Assembly: GCF_000195755.1 (NCBI RefSeq)
Contig: NC_002937.3
Location: forward strand, 2,760,001-2,792,000
Direction of reading: 5' to 3'
Source of the DNA: Nitratidesulfovibrio vulgaris str. Hildenborough
GTDB taxonomy: Bacteria > Desulfobacterota > Desulfovibrionia > Desulfovibrionales > Desulfovibrionaceae
DNA: 32,000 bases
Numbering within the stretch: the stretch's first letter is position 1; each line of letters opens with the position of its first letter. Below are positions 14,924-24,562 of this stretch, in pieces. The notes beneath the pieces are model-generated. The model was not told where the DNA came from. It saw only the letters and a program-made list of their open reading frames with translations, and did not search any database. The position numbers and the translations under genes are program-made.

Positions 14924-15400
14924 TCAACACCGGAGTGTCGCCACCAGCCTGCCGTGCTCAAGCAGCAGGTCGAGCCCATCGTTGATGTCACGGACAGCGA
15001 CCTGTGCGGCGACCAACGTGCCTACGGCAACACCTTCATCCCCCATCACAGCCACGGACAGGGCGGCGTCGCGCAGCATGAGTTCGTCGTTGCGCCCGTT
15101 GCCCATGGCGACACACGTGCCAGCCCCGCACCGCATGAGGGCTTCGAGCTTGGCCTTGTCCTGTGCCCCTTCACACCCTTCGAGGACCTCCACGTCAACG
15201 GGCAGTGCCGCCATCTCCCTGCGCACGGTCCCGTGTGTGTCCGCGGTGAGCACCACAACGCGCAAGTCCCCGGCAAGACGGCCGATACGTTCGGCGACGC
15301 CGGGCACAAGCCGTCCGTCGCGTGCAATGGTGCCGTTATAGTCGAGGAGCAGTGTCTCAAGGCGTAACGTTTTCACACCGGGAATGACATATTCAAGCAT
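14924..15400 (-). CDS. HAD-superfamily protein (soluble P-type-ATPase-like, COG4087 type)
   Basis: LLLDYNGT (DxxGT-type motif I variant), VVVLTADT, and MGNGRNDELML (GDGxND-type motif III). The ATG at 15400 has GAGGA 6 nt upstream and lies 2 nt after the pstB TGA. A TTG at 15406 is an alternative start (TTGA overlap). Confidence 0.7.
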   Translation of the reverse strand: MLEYVIPGVKTLRLETLLLDYNGTIARDGRLVPGVAERIGRLAGDLRVVVLTADTHGTVRREMAALPVDVEVLEGCEGAQDKAKLEALMRCGAGTCVAMGNGRNDELMLRDAALSVAVMGDEGVAVGTLVAAQVAVRDINDGLDLLLEHGRLVATLRC

Positions 15401-15402
15401 CT

Positions 15403-16269
15403 TCAATCCTCAAGATGGTGTTCGAGTTCAGCCACATCAGGAAGTCCCGCACCGTGACGGTTCCAAACACGGACGACACGCCCCGCATCGACGAGGACAA
15501 GATTGTCCGCAAGGCGCAACGCCTGCCGCAACCCGTGGGAGACCATGACCACGGTGCGCGTGTGACCGAGAGACGTGATGCGCTCCTCGATCGCCCGTGC
15601 AGACGCGATGTCCAGAGACGCCGTAGGTTCGTCGAGCAGCAGGAAGGCCGGGCGAAGTGCCAGCGCCCGTGCGAGGCACAGCCGTTGCTGCTGCCCGCCA
15701 GACAGGCCAAGGGCGTTCTCGTCCAGCCTGTCATGCACCTCATCCCATAATGCCGCCTCGCGCAACGCCTCCTCCATGCGAGGGGCGACCTCCGTCTCGG
15801 GAAGGCAGAGGACATGACGCAAGGTCATGTCCATGTTGCGCCGGATGGAAAGCGGCAGCACATCGGGGGACTGGAAGACCATCCCCATACGCGCACGCAG
15901 CCATGACGGGTCGCCCACGGCACCGGAATAGGCGTCGACAACCCGCCCGTCCAGCCGTAGCAGGACACGCCCCGTCGTCGTGCATCCCGGCAGGCATTCG
16001 TTGAGACGTTGCAACACCCGGAGAAGGGTCGACTTGCCGGACCCGGAACGCCCGATGAGCACCGTGGTCATGCCGGACGGCACGTCGAGGTGCACATCAT
16101 GCAACACCTGCCGCGTACCGAACGCCACCCGCACCCCGGCGAGTCGTGCCGCGAGGCCTTCCGGCAGCGCACACGCCGCAGACTGTTCCGCGGGGCTGCG
16201 TCCATTGACACGCCCAGAGGTCGCCCGCTGCAGAACACCTCGAACGGCACGCATGATGCTATCCTTCAT
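15403..16269 (-). CDS. pstB: Phosphate ABC transporter ATP-binding protein
   Basis: Walker A GRSGSGKST, the PstB-typical signature LSGGQQQRLCLARA, and Walker B LLLDEPTASLD. The ATG at 16269 has GGGGAGGA upstream. It carries an N-terminal extension of about 35 aa. Confidence 0.85.
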   Translation of the reverse strand: MKDSIMRAVRGVLQRATSGRVNGRSPAEQSAACALPEGLAARLAGVRVAFGTRQVLHDVHLDVPSGMTTVLIGRSGSGKSTLLRVLQRLNECLPGCTTTGRVLLRLDGRVVDAYSGAVGDPSWLRARMGMVFQSPDVLPLSIRRNMDMTLRHVLCLPETEVAPRMEEALREAALWDEVHDRLDENALGLSGGQQQRLCLARALALRPAFLLLDEPTASLDIASARAIEERITSLGHTRTVVMVSHGLRQALRLADNLVLVDAGRVVRVWNRHGAGLPDVAELEHHLED

Positions 16270-16300
16270 GGCCTATCCTCCCCTGATACTCGCCTGATAC

Positions 16301-17224
16301 TCACCTGATGTCCTCTGATGTTCCCTGACAGGGTGACACAGGGAGCACGCCCCGCCATTTCCGTTCAAGAACCCGCTGCAACAGCCATGCACCTGCCAGC
16401 AACGTCAGCGACAGCACGAGCAGCACCGTTGCCGCCCCGAAACCTCGCTGGAGTTCGACGGCATCACGGTACTGCGACGACAGATAGAAGATGGTGAAGG
16501 GCAGGGCCTCAAAACGCTCCCCAAGACCGGCGGGCAAGCCCACGCTGGCGACCACCCCCGTGAGCATGATGACGGCGGTGTCTTCGGCAGCGCGCCCGGC
16601 AGCCAGCAGCACGCCCCCCAGGATGCCCCGCCCGGCGGCGGGCAGCAGCAGATGCCGCAGCCTCCCCCACGTATCGAGCCCAAGCGCCGCCCCGGTGAGT
16701 CTCAACTGCGCAGGCAACGCCTCCAGTGCGCCTCGCGTGGTCACCACCAGCACAGGCAACACCAAGAGCGCCAGACACACCGAGGCAAGCAGGAGGCCTG
16801 TCGAGGCGTCAGGCGCGACAGTGCGCCGCAAGGCAAGCAACAACGTGAATCCGAACAGCCCCATGACGATGGATGGCACCCCCGCCAGCAGGTCGACGGC
16901 AAGTCCCAGCAGGACTCGCGTGCGAGGGCTTGCAAACAGCGCGAGGTGGATGCCGCAGCCTATTCCCGGCAACACGGCAAGGCCAAGTGCCACCATGAGC
17001 AGGGCGAAGGTTCCGGCACATGCGGGCCAGATGCCATCCCATACCGGAACGGCCCCGGTCATCGCAGCCAGCGGCGACACGTCACCGAACAGCAATGCCG
17101 GTCCCAGTGCAGGCAGGCCACGCATGAGTACGACGCCCAGCAAGGCCGCAACGCCCACCAGCGTGACAGTCATGGATACCATCACGAAGATGCGCCATAA
17201 CGCAAGATTCGCGCAACGCCTCAA
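16301..17224 (-). CDS. pstA: Phosphate ABC transporter permease PstA (start uncertain)
   Basis: Polytopic permease downstream of pstC. The tracked ORF begins at a GTG at 17308, 88 nt inside pstC. A TTG at 17224 gives a TTGA overlap with the pstC stop and keeps the first TM segment (LALWRIFVMVSMTVTLVGVAALL). The ATG at 17182 would truncate that TM. Confidence 0.75.
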   Translation of the reverse strand: MRRCANLALWRIFVMVSMTVTLVGVAALLGVVLMRGLPALGPALLFGDVSPLAAMTGAVPVWDGIWPACAGTFALLMVALGLAVLPGIGCGIHLALFASPRTRVLLGLAVDLLAGVPSIVMGLFGFTLLLALRRTVAPDASTGLLLASVCLALLVLPVLVVTTRGALEALPAQLRLTGAALGLDTWGRLRHLLLPAAGRGILGGVLLAAGRAAEDTAVIMLTGVVASVGLPAGLGERFEALPFTIFYLSSQYRDAVELQRGFGAATVLLVLSLTLLAGAWLLQRVLERKWRGVLPVSPCQGTSEDIR

Positions 17225-18096
17225 GTTCGCCCCCTGAATTGCGCTCCCGATCGCGCAAGAACACGCAAGACGAGCTGCACGGCGAGATTCAGAAGCAACA
17301 GAAGACACCCGGCCACGAACAACGAACCGTAGGTTCCACTGCGGCTATCCGTCGCAAGGACGAGTGCGATGTGGGCGGTAAGTGTCCGGACGCTTTCCAG
17401 AGGTGACCCCGGTGACTGCACCGCGTTACCGGCAAGCATGAGAGGCAGCAGCGTGTCCCCCATCGCCCTGCCAAAGCCAAGCGCCGCTGCACCAGCCATA
17501 TGCCGCCAACACAGAGGCAGCACCATGTGCACCATGACCTGTCCGCGATTGAGCCCCATGGCCGCCCCCGTGAGACGCACCCGTTCAACTGTCGGCCCCA
17601 TGCCCGCCTCCATGACAAGCACCATGGTCGGCACCACCAGCAGGGCAAGCACCAGAGAAGCCGTAAGCCAGCATAGCCCCGTACCACGTCCCGCAGCCTC
17701 GCGCACGAGTGGCACAAGAAGGAACAGGGCGGCGAAACCGTAGACGACGGTCGGGACGGCGGTCAGGCAACGCACCAGCCCCCTGAACATCTGCCCCACA
17801 CCACTGGGGGCAAGACCGTTCATGCCGCAGCAGATTCCCAATGAAAGAGGAAATCCGATGACAAGAGCGATTCCGGCCACCCCCATCGAAGCCTGAAGCA
17901 TGGGGAGAACGCCATAGGAGCCTGTGGCGGGCTTCCAGTCACCCGCTATGACGGCAAAACCCTGCCCGTCCATGAAGACGGGCAGGGCGAAGAGACACAG
18001 GAAGGCGAAGATGGCGACAAGAGCCAGTGCGACCGAGGCGGCGCAGAGCGCACACACGGTCGTGACCACGCCGCCCTTCCAGCGGCGGAGCATCAC
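17221..18096 (-). CDS. pstC: Phosphate ABC transporter permease PstC
   Basis: Polytopic permease with a MetI-like core. The start is either GTG at 18096 or ATG at 18093; both overlap the pstS stop (GTGATG). Confidence 0.8.
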   Translation of the reverse strand: MMLRRWKGGVVTTVCALCAASVALALVAIFAFLCLFALPVFMDGQGFAVIAGDWKPATGSYGVLPMLQASMGVAGIALVIGFPLSLGICCGMNGLAPSGVGQMFRGLVRCLTAVPTVVYGFAALFLLVPLVREAAGRGTGLCWLTASLVLALLVVPTMVLVMEAGMGPTVERVRLTGAAMGLNRGQVMVHMVLPLCWRHMAGAAALGFGRAMGDTLLPLMLAGNAVQSPGSPLESVRTLTAHIALVLATDSRSGTYGSLFVAGCLLLLLNLAVQLVLRVLARSGAQFRGRT

Positions 18097-18971
18097 CGGC
18101 CTGTGGGGATGTAGCCGCTGGCGCGGATGATATCGGCACCTTCGTCGGTGAACAGATAGTCGATGAAGGCGCGGACAAGTCCGGTGGGCTGACCCTTGGT
18201 GTTCATGTAGAGCTTGCGGGTGACCGTATAACTGCCGTTGGCGGCGTTCTCCTGCGTAGCCACCATGCCGTCGAGCACCGGGGCCTTCACCGAAGTGTCG
18301 ATGTGGCCGATGCCCACATAGCCTATGGCCCCGGCATCCTGCGCCACGGCGGTCTTCATCGCGCCATTGGAGGGCACGACATTGGCCGAGGCTGCGACGG
18401 CGCCCTTGGCAAGCAGCTTGCCGTCGAACACCTCGCGCGTGCCGCTGGCCTCGTCACGCGTATAGAGGGTGATGGCCCTGTCCGCACCGCCGAGTGCCTT
18501 CCAGTTGGTCACCTTGCCCGCGTAGATGTCGCGTACCTGTGCCGCAGTGAGCGCGCCGACAGGGTTGGCGGGGTTCACAACCACGGCCACGCCGTCGATG
18601 GCGAAGGGGAACGAGACGAGACCGTACTTGGCGACCTCGGCCTCCGAAAGCGCACGCCCGGTGTTGCCGATGGCCACAAGGCCCTCGCCCACCTGCTGGA
18701 CCCCGACGCCGGACCCGCCGCCCGCGACGGAAATCCGGATGGCGGCATTCTGCGTCATGATGCGCTTCGCGGCCTCTTTCATGACGGGGATGTGCGCCGT
18801 ACCTCCGGCGATATCGAGATTGCCGGACATGCCCTTGAAGGCTTCCAGCGGTGAGGCGGCATGGGCAACCTGCGCAAGGACGACGAAGGCGCAGACGACG
18901 AAGGCGTGGCCCGCGGCACGAACGAGACGGTCGCGGTACGTGGAGAGACGGGTGGAGATGACGCGTGACAT
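18093..18971 (-). CDS. pstS: Phosphate-binding periplasmic protein PstS family
   Basis: Signal/anchor segment, then ISVAGGGSGVGV...GNTGR.LS..E....L..FP.A.DGVAVVVN..NPV..LT..QVRDIY.GK.TNWK..GG, typical of PBP_like_2/PstS. The ATG at 18971 has AAGGAG upstream. Confidence 0.85.
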   Translation of the reverse strand: MSRVISTRLSTYRDRLVRAAGHAFVVCAFVVLAQVAHAASPLEAFKGMSGNLDIAGGTAHIPVMKEAAKRIMTQNAAIRISVAGGGSGVGVQQVGEGLVAIGNTGRALSEAEVAKYGLVSFPFAIDGVAVVVNPANPVGALTAAQVRDIYAGKVTNWKALGGADRAITLYTRDEASGTREVFDGKLLAKGAVAASANVVPSNGAMKTAVAQDAGAIGYVGIGHIDTSVKAPVLDGMVATQENAANGSYTVTRKLYMNTKGQPTGLVRAFIDYLFTDEGADIIRASGYIPTGR

Positions 18972-19416
18972 GACGACTCCTTATCGCGTTACAGCCCTGC
19001 GGGCAGCTTTGATGGTGGGTACAGGCAGGGACAGTACCCGCTCACCGACAGCATGGACAAATCGAAAGACTCTATGATCGAAGCGGTCAACGATAGCCAC
19101 GGGCTATAAGGCGCGCCGAAAGCGCACGGGGTGCCGTCACGCGGGACGGCCAAGGCGCCCCGGCGCCTCCTCGGCGTGCGACCTCACCCCGATCTCTTCG
19201 CAGTGCATACAGGCCGTGCCTCGCCGGGCTAGAGCCCCCGGCCTTCTCACGCCCCATCAGGAGGGGGCAGGCAGTGTCGTGCATCTGGACAGCGGCCCCG
19301 TCGGGGGATAGTGTGCGACCACCCGCCAAGGCTCGCCATTACTGGCGTAGCGGCGAACAGGCCCTCCCCCCCCCCGCGGGGCAACGGGCGAACAACATCC
19401 CTCATCCGGAGGCATC

Positions 19417-20784
19417 ATGGCGTCAACGACAGGCGCTCTCATACTGGCAGCGGGCAAAGGCACCCGCATGCATTCCGACAAGCCGAAGGTCTTGCAGACT
19501 ATCCTTGGCGAACCGATGCTTCGCTTCGTCATGGATGCACTGGCCCCCGTTTTCGGCGACCGGGTCTGGACGGTGGTCGGCCATCGGGCCGACATGATAT
19601 ACGCGGCATTCGCAGGCGAAGACGCGCGCTTCGTGGTGCAGGAACAGCAGCTTGGCACGGGCCACGCCCTGCAGATGGCTTGGGAGTCGCTGCGCGCAGC
19701 CGGTCTCGACCGCGTCGTGGTCGTCAACGGCGACACGCCGCTGCTTGCCACCGAGACCATCGACTTCTTCCTCAAGGAAAGCGCCGAGGCGGACATCGCC
19801 TTCATGACGCTCACCCTGCCCGACCCGGGTGCCTATGGTCGAGTGGTGCGCCACAACGGCCACGTCGCTGCCATCGTCGAGGCCAAGGATTACGACGAGG
19901 CCCTCTACGGCCCCGAACCCAGTGAGATCAACACCGGCATCTACGCCCTCAGGCTCGACGCCGTCGAATCGCTCCTGCCGCGTCTCACCAACGCCAACCG
20001 CAGTGGCGAATACTACATCACGGACCTTGTGGGACTGGCTGTGGCAGAGCGCATGAACGTGCTCGGCATCCAGTGCGGTGAAGACCCCAACCTGCTTGGC
20101 GTGAACAACCCTGCCGAACTCATCCGTTCCGAGGCGTTGCTCCGCACCCGCCTCGTCATCGGACACATCGAGGGAGGCGTACTCATCCACGCCCCCGAGA
20201 CGGTACGCATCAGCCCCCGCGCCACCATCGAACCCGGTGCGGAGATATACGGCCCATGTGAAATCTACGGCACCAGCCGCATCGCCCGCGGTGCCGTGGT
20301 GCATTCGCACTGCTGGCTGCGCAATGCCGAGGTGGAATCAGGCAGCGAGGTCAAGTCGTTCAGCCACCTTGAAGGCGCCACGGTGGGAAAGGGTTGCAGC
20401 GTGGGCCCCTTCGCACGGCTTCGGCCCGGTGCCGTCCTTGACGAAGAGGCGCGCGTGGGCAACTTCGTGGAGATGAAGAAGGCACGTCTGCACAAGGGTG
20501 CCAAGGCCGGACACCTCACCTACCTCGGCGATGCCGACGTGGGGGCGGGAGCCAACATCGGCGCAGGGACCATCACCTGCAACTATGACGGAAAGAACAA
20601 GCATCGCACGGTGATAGGCGCAGGCGCCTTCATCGGCAGCAATACGGCACTGGTTGCCCCGGTCACGGTGGGCGACGGCAGTCTCGTGGGGGCCGGGTCG
20701 GTCATCACCAAGGACGTTCCCGAAGCCAGCCTCGCCATTGCCAGAGGCCGCCAGACCAACCTTCCGCGCAAGCCCAAAGCTTGA
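19417..20784 (+). CDS. glmU: Bifunctional UDP-N-acetylglucosamine pyrophosphorylase / glucosamine-1-phosphate N-acetyltransferase
   Basis: N-terminal LILAAGKGTRMHSDKPKVL (nucleotidyltransferase G-loop), and C-terminal left-handed beta-helix hexapeptide repeats ending ...ARGRQTN. GGAGG upstream. Confidence 0.95.
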   Translation: MASTTGALILAAGKGTRMHSDKPKVLQTILGEPMLRFVMDALAPVFGDRVWTVVGHRADMIYAAFAGEDARFVVQEQQLGTGHALQMAWESLRAAGLDRVVVVNGDTPLLATETIDFFLKESAEADIAFMTLTLPDPGAYGRVVRHNGHVAAIVEAKDYDEALYGPEPSEINTGIYALRLDAVESLLPRLTNANRSGEYYITDLVGLAVAERMNVLGIQCGEDPNLLGVNNPAELIRSEALLRTRLVIGHIEGGVLIHAPETVRISPRATIEPGAEIYGPCEIYGTSRIARGAVVHSHCWLRNAEVESGSEVKSFSHLEGATVGKGCSVGPFARLRPGAVLDEEARVGNFVEMKKARLHKGAKAGHLTYLGDADVGAGANIGAGTITCNYDGKNKHRTVIGAGAFIGSNTALVAPVTVGDGSLVGAGSVITKDVPEASLAIARGRQTNLPRKPKA

Positions 20785-20815
20785 TTTCGCGCCCTGAAAG
20801 GGCTAGGGAATACTC

Positions 20816-21052
20816 ATGGAACTGCTAGACCTGCTAGAAAACCGCGTCACGTCGCTTCTTGCGCAGCTCGAATCCCTGCGCGAGGAAAACCGCACCCTCC
20901 GAGAAGAGGTTGACAATGGCCTTGCGGCGTTGGCCGAAGAGAATCGTACCCTCAAGGAAGCCCTTGAGCAGGAACGCAGCGTCAAGGATGCCGTCCTCGG
21001 ACGCATCGACTCGTTGCTGACAACGCTCAAGGACAAAACTGGCGACGCCTAG
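20816..21052 (+). CDS. zapB: ZapB-like coiled-coil cell-division protein
   Basis: 78 aa, all heptad coiled coil. LDLLENRVTSLLAQLESLREENRTLREE parallels the E. coli ZapB N-terminus. It lies directly upstream of zapA. Confidence 0.65.
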   Translation: MELLDLLENRVTSLLAQLESLREENRTLREEVDNGLAALAEENRTLKEALEQERSVKDAVLGRIDSLLTTLKDKTGDA

Positions 21053-21071
21053 GGCGCGCCAGCGGGTCCGA

Positions 21072-21335
21072 ATGCGCAGCTTCAACCTCACCGTTCTGGG
21101 GCTAGAGGTCTCCTTCAAGGCGGAGGCCGACCCCAAGCGCGTTGAAAGCGCCAAGGCCCTTGTTGAAGAACGGTTCGACAGGCTCAAGTTTCATGGAAGA
21201 CAGCTGAGCAAGGAGAAGCTGCTGACCTTTCTGGTTCTGGGACTGGCCGACGACCTGTTGCAAGCTAACCGGCGCAACGACGAGACGCGCGAGCGCATCG
21301 CCGCTGTGCTGGCCAAGATAGAAGAATTGGCGTGA
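21072..21335 (+). CDS. zapA: Cell division protein ZapA
   Basis: 87 aa. FNLTVLGLEVSFKAEADPKRVESAKALVEERFDRL......S.EKLL.FLVLGLADDLL fits the ZapA pattern (beta strand, then a long helix). Confidence 0.75.
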   Translation: MRSFNLTVLGLEVSFKAEADPKRVESAKALVEERFDRLKFHGRQLSKEKLLTFLVLGLADDLLQANRRNDETRERIAAVLAKIEELA

Positions 21336-21360
21336 TTCCCGTCGCGCCTTGGCATCAGTA

Positions 21361-21548
21361 CCCCTGGAGTGTGCGTGATAGATATGCCATCGCTGACCTC
21401 ACAAGCTTGAAATAGGGCATCGGTACGGTGGACCGGTGTGCACGCCCGGCATGACCGGGTAGCCTGAAGGCCCGCCCGAGAAGCCCCCCTGGTCAACACC
21501 AGGTCCTGCTTTGGTATGTCACACGGCTCTCCGGGGCCACTGGCCCCT
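21361..21548 (+). ncRNA. ssrS: Candidate 6S RNA
   Basis: It lies in the 390-nt noncoding gap after zapA, the classic ssrS neighbourhood. The 5' CCCC-U-GGAG-UGUG...GAUAUGCC pairs with the 3' GGUAUGUC-ACAC-GG-CUCC-GGGG (21361-21388 with 21513-21536), giving a long interrupted closing helix of about 176 nt. Internal hairpins are CCCGG-CAUGA-CCGGG (21445-21459) and CCUGG-UCAACA-CCAGG (21488-21503). GGGGCC-ACU-GGCCCC follows at the 3' end. Confidence 0.6.
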
Positions 21549-21726
21549 TCGCCGCAGGTCACGACGCCCGACAGCATCCGCGTTTGCATATGAGTGCGCG
21601 GAGCGGCCCGGAGCGACGCGGCAGCACCTTGCCTGAATCCCGTCTTCCGTCTTCGGGGTACGGTCGGCATATTGCCGGTCGACTTCAACCGGACGCACGT
21701 CCGACACCATAACGGGAGTTCGAGGT

Positions 21727-23286
21727 ATGGGGCTCATGATTTTCGCATATATCGCCATCGGCGCGGTGCTTGGCGCAGGTACGGGTTACCTGCTGCACAG
21801 GTATGTCAGCGCAAAGCGCATCGGTGACGCCAACGAACTGGCAAAGCGCATCGTCGAAGAGGCCCGCAAGGAGGCCCAGGCCCAGAAGAAGGAGATACTC
21901 CTTCAGGGGCAGGACGAGATATTCAACCAGAAGCGCGAGCTGGAGAACGAGTTCAAGGAACGCGAACGCGAGCTCAAGGCCCGCGACCGCAAACTCGAAG
22001 AGCAGGGCGAACGTCTTGAGGAGAAGCTCGAAAAGGCCACCCAGAAGGAACATGAGGTGCTGGCCATAGAAAAGGAGCTCACCCGCAAGGAGCGTCGTCT
22101 CGCCACGCTCGAAGAGGAACTCGAAGGCAAGATCGCCGAACAGGACCACCGCCTCGAAGAAGTCTCCGGCCTCACCGCCGAAGAGGCACGGGCGCGCATC
22201 ATGGAGGAGGTCGAGGCCCGTACACGCCACGAATCCGCCAAGATGATACGCGTCATCGAGATGGAAGCCCGCGAGACCGCAGACCGCAAGGCCAAGGAAA
22301 TCCTCGCCAGTGCCATCCAGCGCTACGCGGGCGACTACGTCGGTGAACAGACCGTCACCGCCGTGACCCTGCCCAGCGAGGACATGAAGGGCCGCATCAT
22401 CGGTCGCGAAGGGCGCAACATCCGCGCGCTGGAAGCCGCCACCGGGGTCGACCTCATCATCGACGACACCCCCGAGACGGTCATCCTCTCCGCATACAGC
22501 CCCCTGCGCCGTCAGGTCGCCAAGATGGCCCTCGAACGCCTCATCCAGGACGGACGCATCCACCCTGCCCGCATCGAGGACATCGTCCGCAAATGTGAGC
22601 AGGAACTCGAAGTGCAGGTTCGCGAAGTCGGCGAACAGGCCACCTTCGACGCGGGTGTGCACGGCATCCACCCCGATATCATCAAGCTGCTCGGCCAGTT
22701 GCGCTACCGCACAAGCTTCTCGCAGAACGTCCTGCAACACTCCCTCGAAGTGTCAGCCCTGTGCGGCATGATGGCCGCCGAACTTGGCATGGACATCAAG
22801 AAGGCCAAGCGCGCAGGTCTGCTGCATGACATCGGCAAGGCCGTCGACCATGAGGTCGAAGGTCCGCACGCCCTCATCGGCGCCGACATCGCCAAGAAGT
22901 ACGGCGAAGGCAAGGACATCATCCACGCCATCGCCGCGCACCATGAGGACCAGCCCCCCAAGACCGCGCTGGCGGTTCTGGTCCAGGCCGCCGACTCCAT
23001 CTCCGGAGCGCGTCCCGGGGCCCGCAAGGAACTGCTCGAGAACTACGTGAAGCGTCTCGAAGACCTCGAGAACATCGCCACGGGCTTCGAAGGCGTCTCC
23101 AAGGTCTACGCCATTCAGGCGGGCCGCGAGATACGGGTCATGGTCAACTCCGAGAACGTCGACGACGACCAGACCTACATGCTCTGCAAGGACATCGCCG
23201 CCAAGATAGAGAAGAACCTCACCTACCCCGGCCAGATACGCGTCACGGTCATCCGCGAACGCAGGGCCGTGGGGTACGCCAAGTAA
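21727..23286 (+). CDS. rny: Ribonuclease Y
   Basis: N-terminal TM helix, a long charged coiled coil, a KH domain ([15 protein letters not shown]), and an HD domain (LLHDIGKA...AHH). 519 aa. Confidence 0.95.
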   Translation: MGLMIFAYIAIGAVLGAGTGYLLHRYVSAKRIGDANELAKRIVEEARKEAQAQKKEILLQGQDEIFNQKRELENEFKERERELKARDRKLEEQGERLEEKLEKATQKEHEVLAIEKELTRKERRLATLEEELEGKIAEQDHRLEEVSGLTAEEARARIMEEVEARTRHESAKMIRVIEMEARETADRKAKEILASAIQRYAGDYVGEQTVTAVTLPSEDMKGRIIGREGRNIRALEAATGVDLIIDDTPETVILSAYSPLRRQVAKMALERLIQDGRIHPARIEDIVRKCEQELEVQVREVGEQATFDAGVHGIHPDIIKLLGQLRYRTSFSQNVLQHSLEVSALCGMMAAELGMDIKKAKRAGLLHDIGKAVDHEVEGPHALIGADIAKKYGEGKDIIHAIAAHHEDQPPKTALAVLVQAADSISGARPGARKELLENYVKRLEDLENIATGFEGVSKVYAIQAGREIRVMVNSENVDDDQTYMLCKDIAAKIEKNLTYPGQIRVTVIRERRAVGYAK

Positions 23287-23311
23287 CGGCCGTCCCTGAG
23301 AATGCGCGACA

Positions 23312-23341
23312 AGAGCCCGGCCATCAGGCCGGGCTCTTTCC
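23312..23341 (+). terminator. Rho-independent terminator of rny
   Basis: AGAGCCCGGCC-ATCA-GGCCGGGCTCT followed by TTCC, 26 nt after the stop. Confidence 0.65.
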
Positions 23342-23383
23342 ATAACGAAGCCCCAACAGCCCCCGACGGCAGACGGATAGCCC

Positions 23384-24007
23384 ATGCAGGACATGCTGTA
23401 CGCCCTTGACATCTTCGGTACGTTCGCCTTCGCCGTGGCAGGGGCGCTGAAGGCAGCACGCCACGAACTCGACGCACTGGGCGTCCTTGTGCTGGCTACG
23501 GTCACAGGAGTGGGCGGAGGCATGGTACGCGACATGATGCTCGCCTACGGCCCTCCGGCGGTGTTCCACAACGACGCCTACCTGCTGGTGTGCCTCGCCG
23601 GGGGACTGCTGGTGTTCTTCTTCGCGCGCGGTGTCGCGGCACGGCGCAACCTCGTGCGTTATGCCGACGCGGTGGGGCTTGGCGTCTTCACCGCCATCGG
23701 TGGTGCGAAGGCCATGGCCTTCGGCCTCGGCGGACTCCCCGTGGTCTTTCTCGCCGTGCTCACCGCCACGGGCGGCGGCGTCATCCGTGATGTGCTCGTG
23801 GGAGAAGTGCCCGCCGTGTTGCGCACGGATTTCTATGCCACGGCGTCCATCCTCGGCGCAGTGGCGCTGCTTGGGCTGGCAGCACTGGGCAGACCCCCTC
23901 TGGAACAACTCGCCGGAAGCGCCGCTGTCACGACCGGGCTGCGACTCATGGCCATATGGCTGCGCATGAGGCTTCCGCGCATCCCGCGCGTCGATGACGA
24001 CGACTGA
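23384..24007 (+). CDS. UPF0126 / TRIC-type (YadS/YicG-like) inner-membrane protein
   Basis: Two internal repeats each carry the Gly-rich helix motif (TGVGGGMVRDML and TATGGGVIRDVL). 207 aa with about 7 hydrophobic segments. Confidence 0.75.
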   Translation: MQDMLYALDIFGTFAFAVAGALKAARHELDALGVLVLATVTGVGGGMVRDMMLAYGPPAVFHNDAYLLVCLAGGLLVFFFARGVAARRNLVRYADAVGLGVFTAIGGAKAMAFGLGGLPVVFLAVLTATGGGVIRDVLVGEVPAVLRTDFYATASILGAVALLGLAALGRPPLEQLAGSAAVTTGLRLMAIWLRMRLPRIPRVDDDD

Positions 24008-24562
24008 CCGGCACCACACGCCGCTGCCTCCCCAAACGGGGACGACGCGCGGCGCATTCCAGACACCACCGTCCCATTCCAGCCCTCTCCCCCGCCACCA
24101 TCACCCCGCCGGGGCACATGGGGGCAGCCTCCGATGTCACCAGTGCAGACAACCCGACCCGCGCGAGGCCCGACGACTGGCACCATTTCCGGTGAGTCTG
24201 GGGTCACCGCAGTATCCTGTGGGCCGGGGCACCTCCTCCACTCGCCACCCTGCACGCACCTCCGACACACGGCTTTCATCGCACGGCATTCGGACATACA
24301 CCGGCGTCGCGCACAGCGCCGCGTACGCCACCGTTTTTCATGCAACGGACACAGCTTGCAGCGTCCCTACTACGTCCCTTGCCCCCCCGCCACCTCGTCG
24401 ACGCAGCATCACCGCACGTTCAGTGCCGGGCCATCACATGCCGGGGTACGCGGTGGGCATTCACGCCAGCAGCCGCACAACATGCCGTCCGGTTTCATCT
24501 TCCTGTGGCGATGCCCGCCCCACCGTGGTAGAAGGTCCTAAATCATCCATGGAGTCTTACGC

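Noticed and set aside
18972-19416. Structured RNA or Pho box in the pstS-glmU divergent region, plus the 80-aa and 107-aa ORFs there.
   Set aside because: I could not recognise a known RNA family or a repeated Pho-box-like direct repeat by eye, and the ORFs lack an RBS and protein-like composition. Only the C10 tract is reported.
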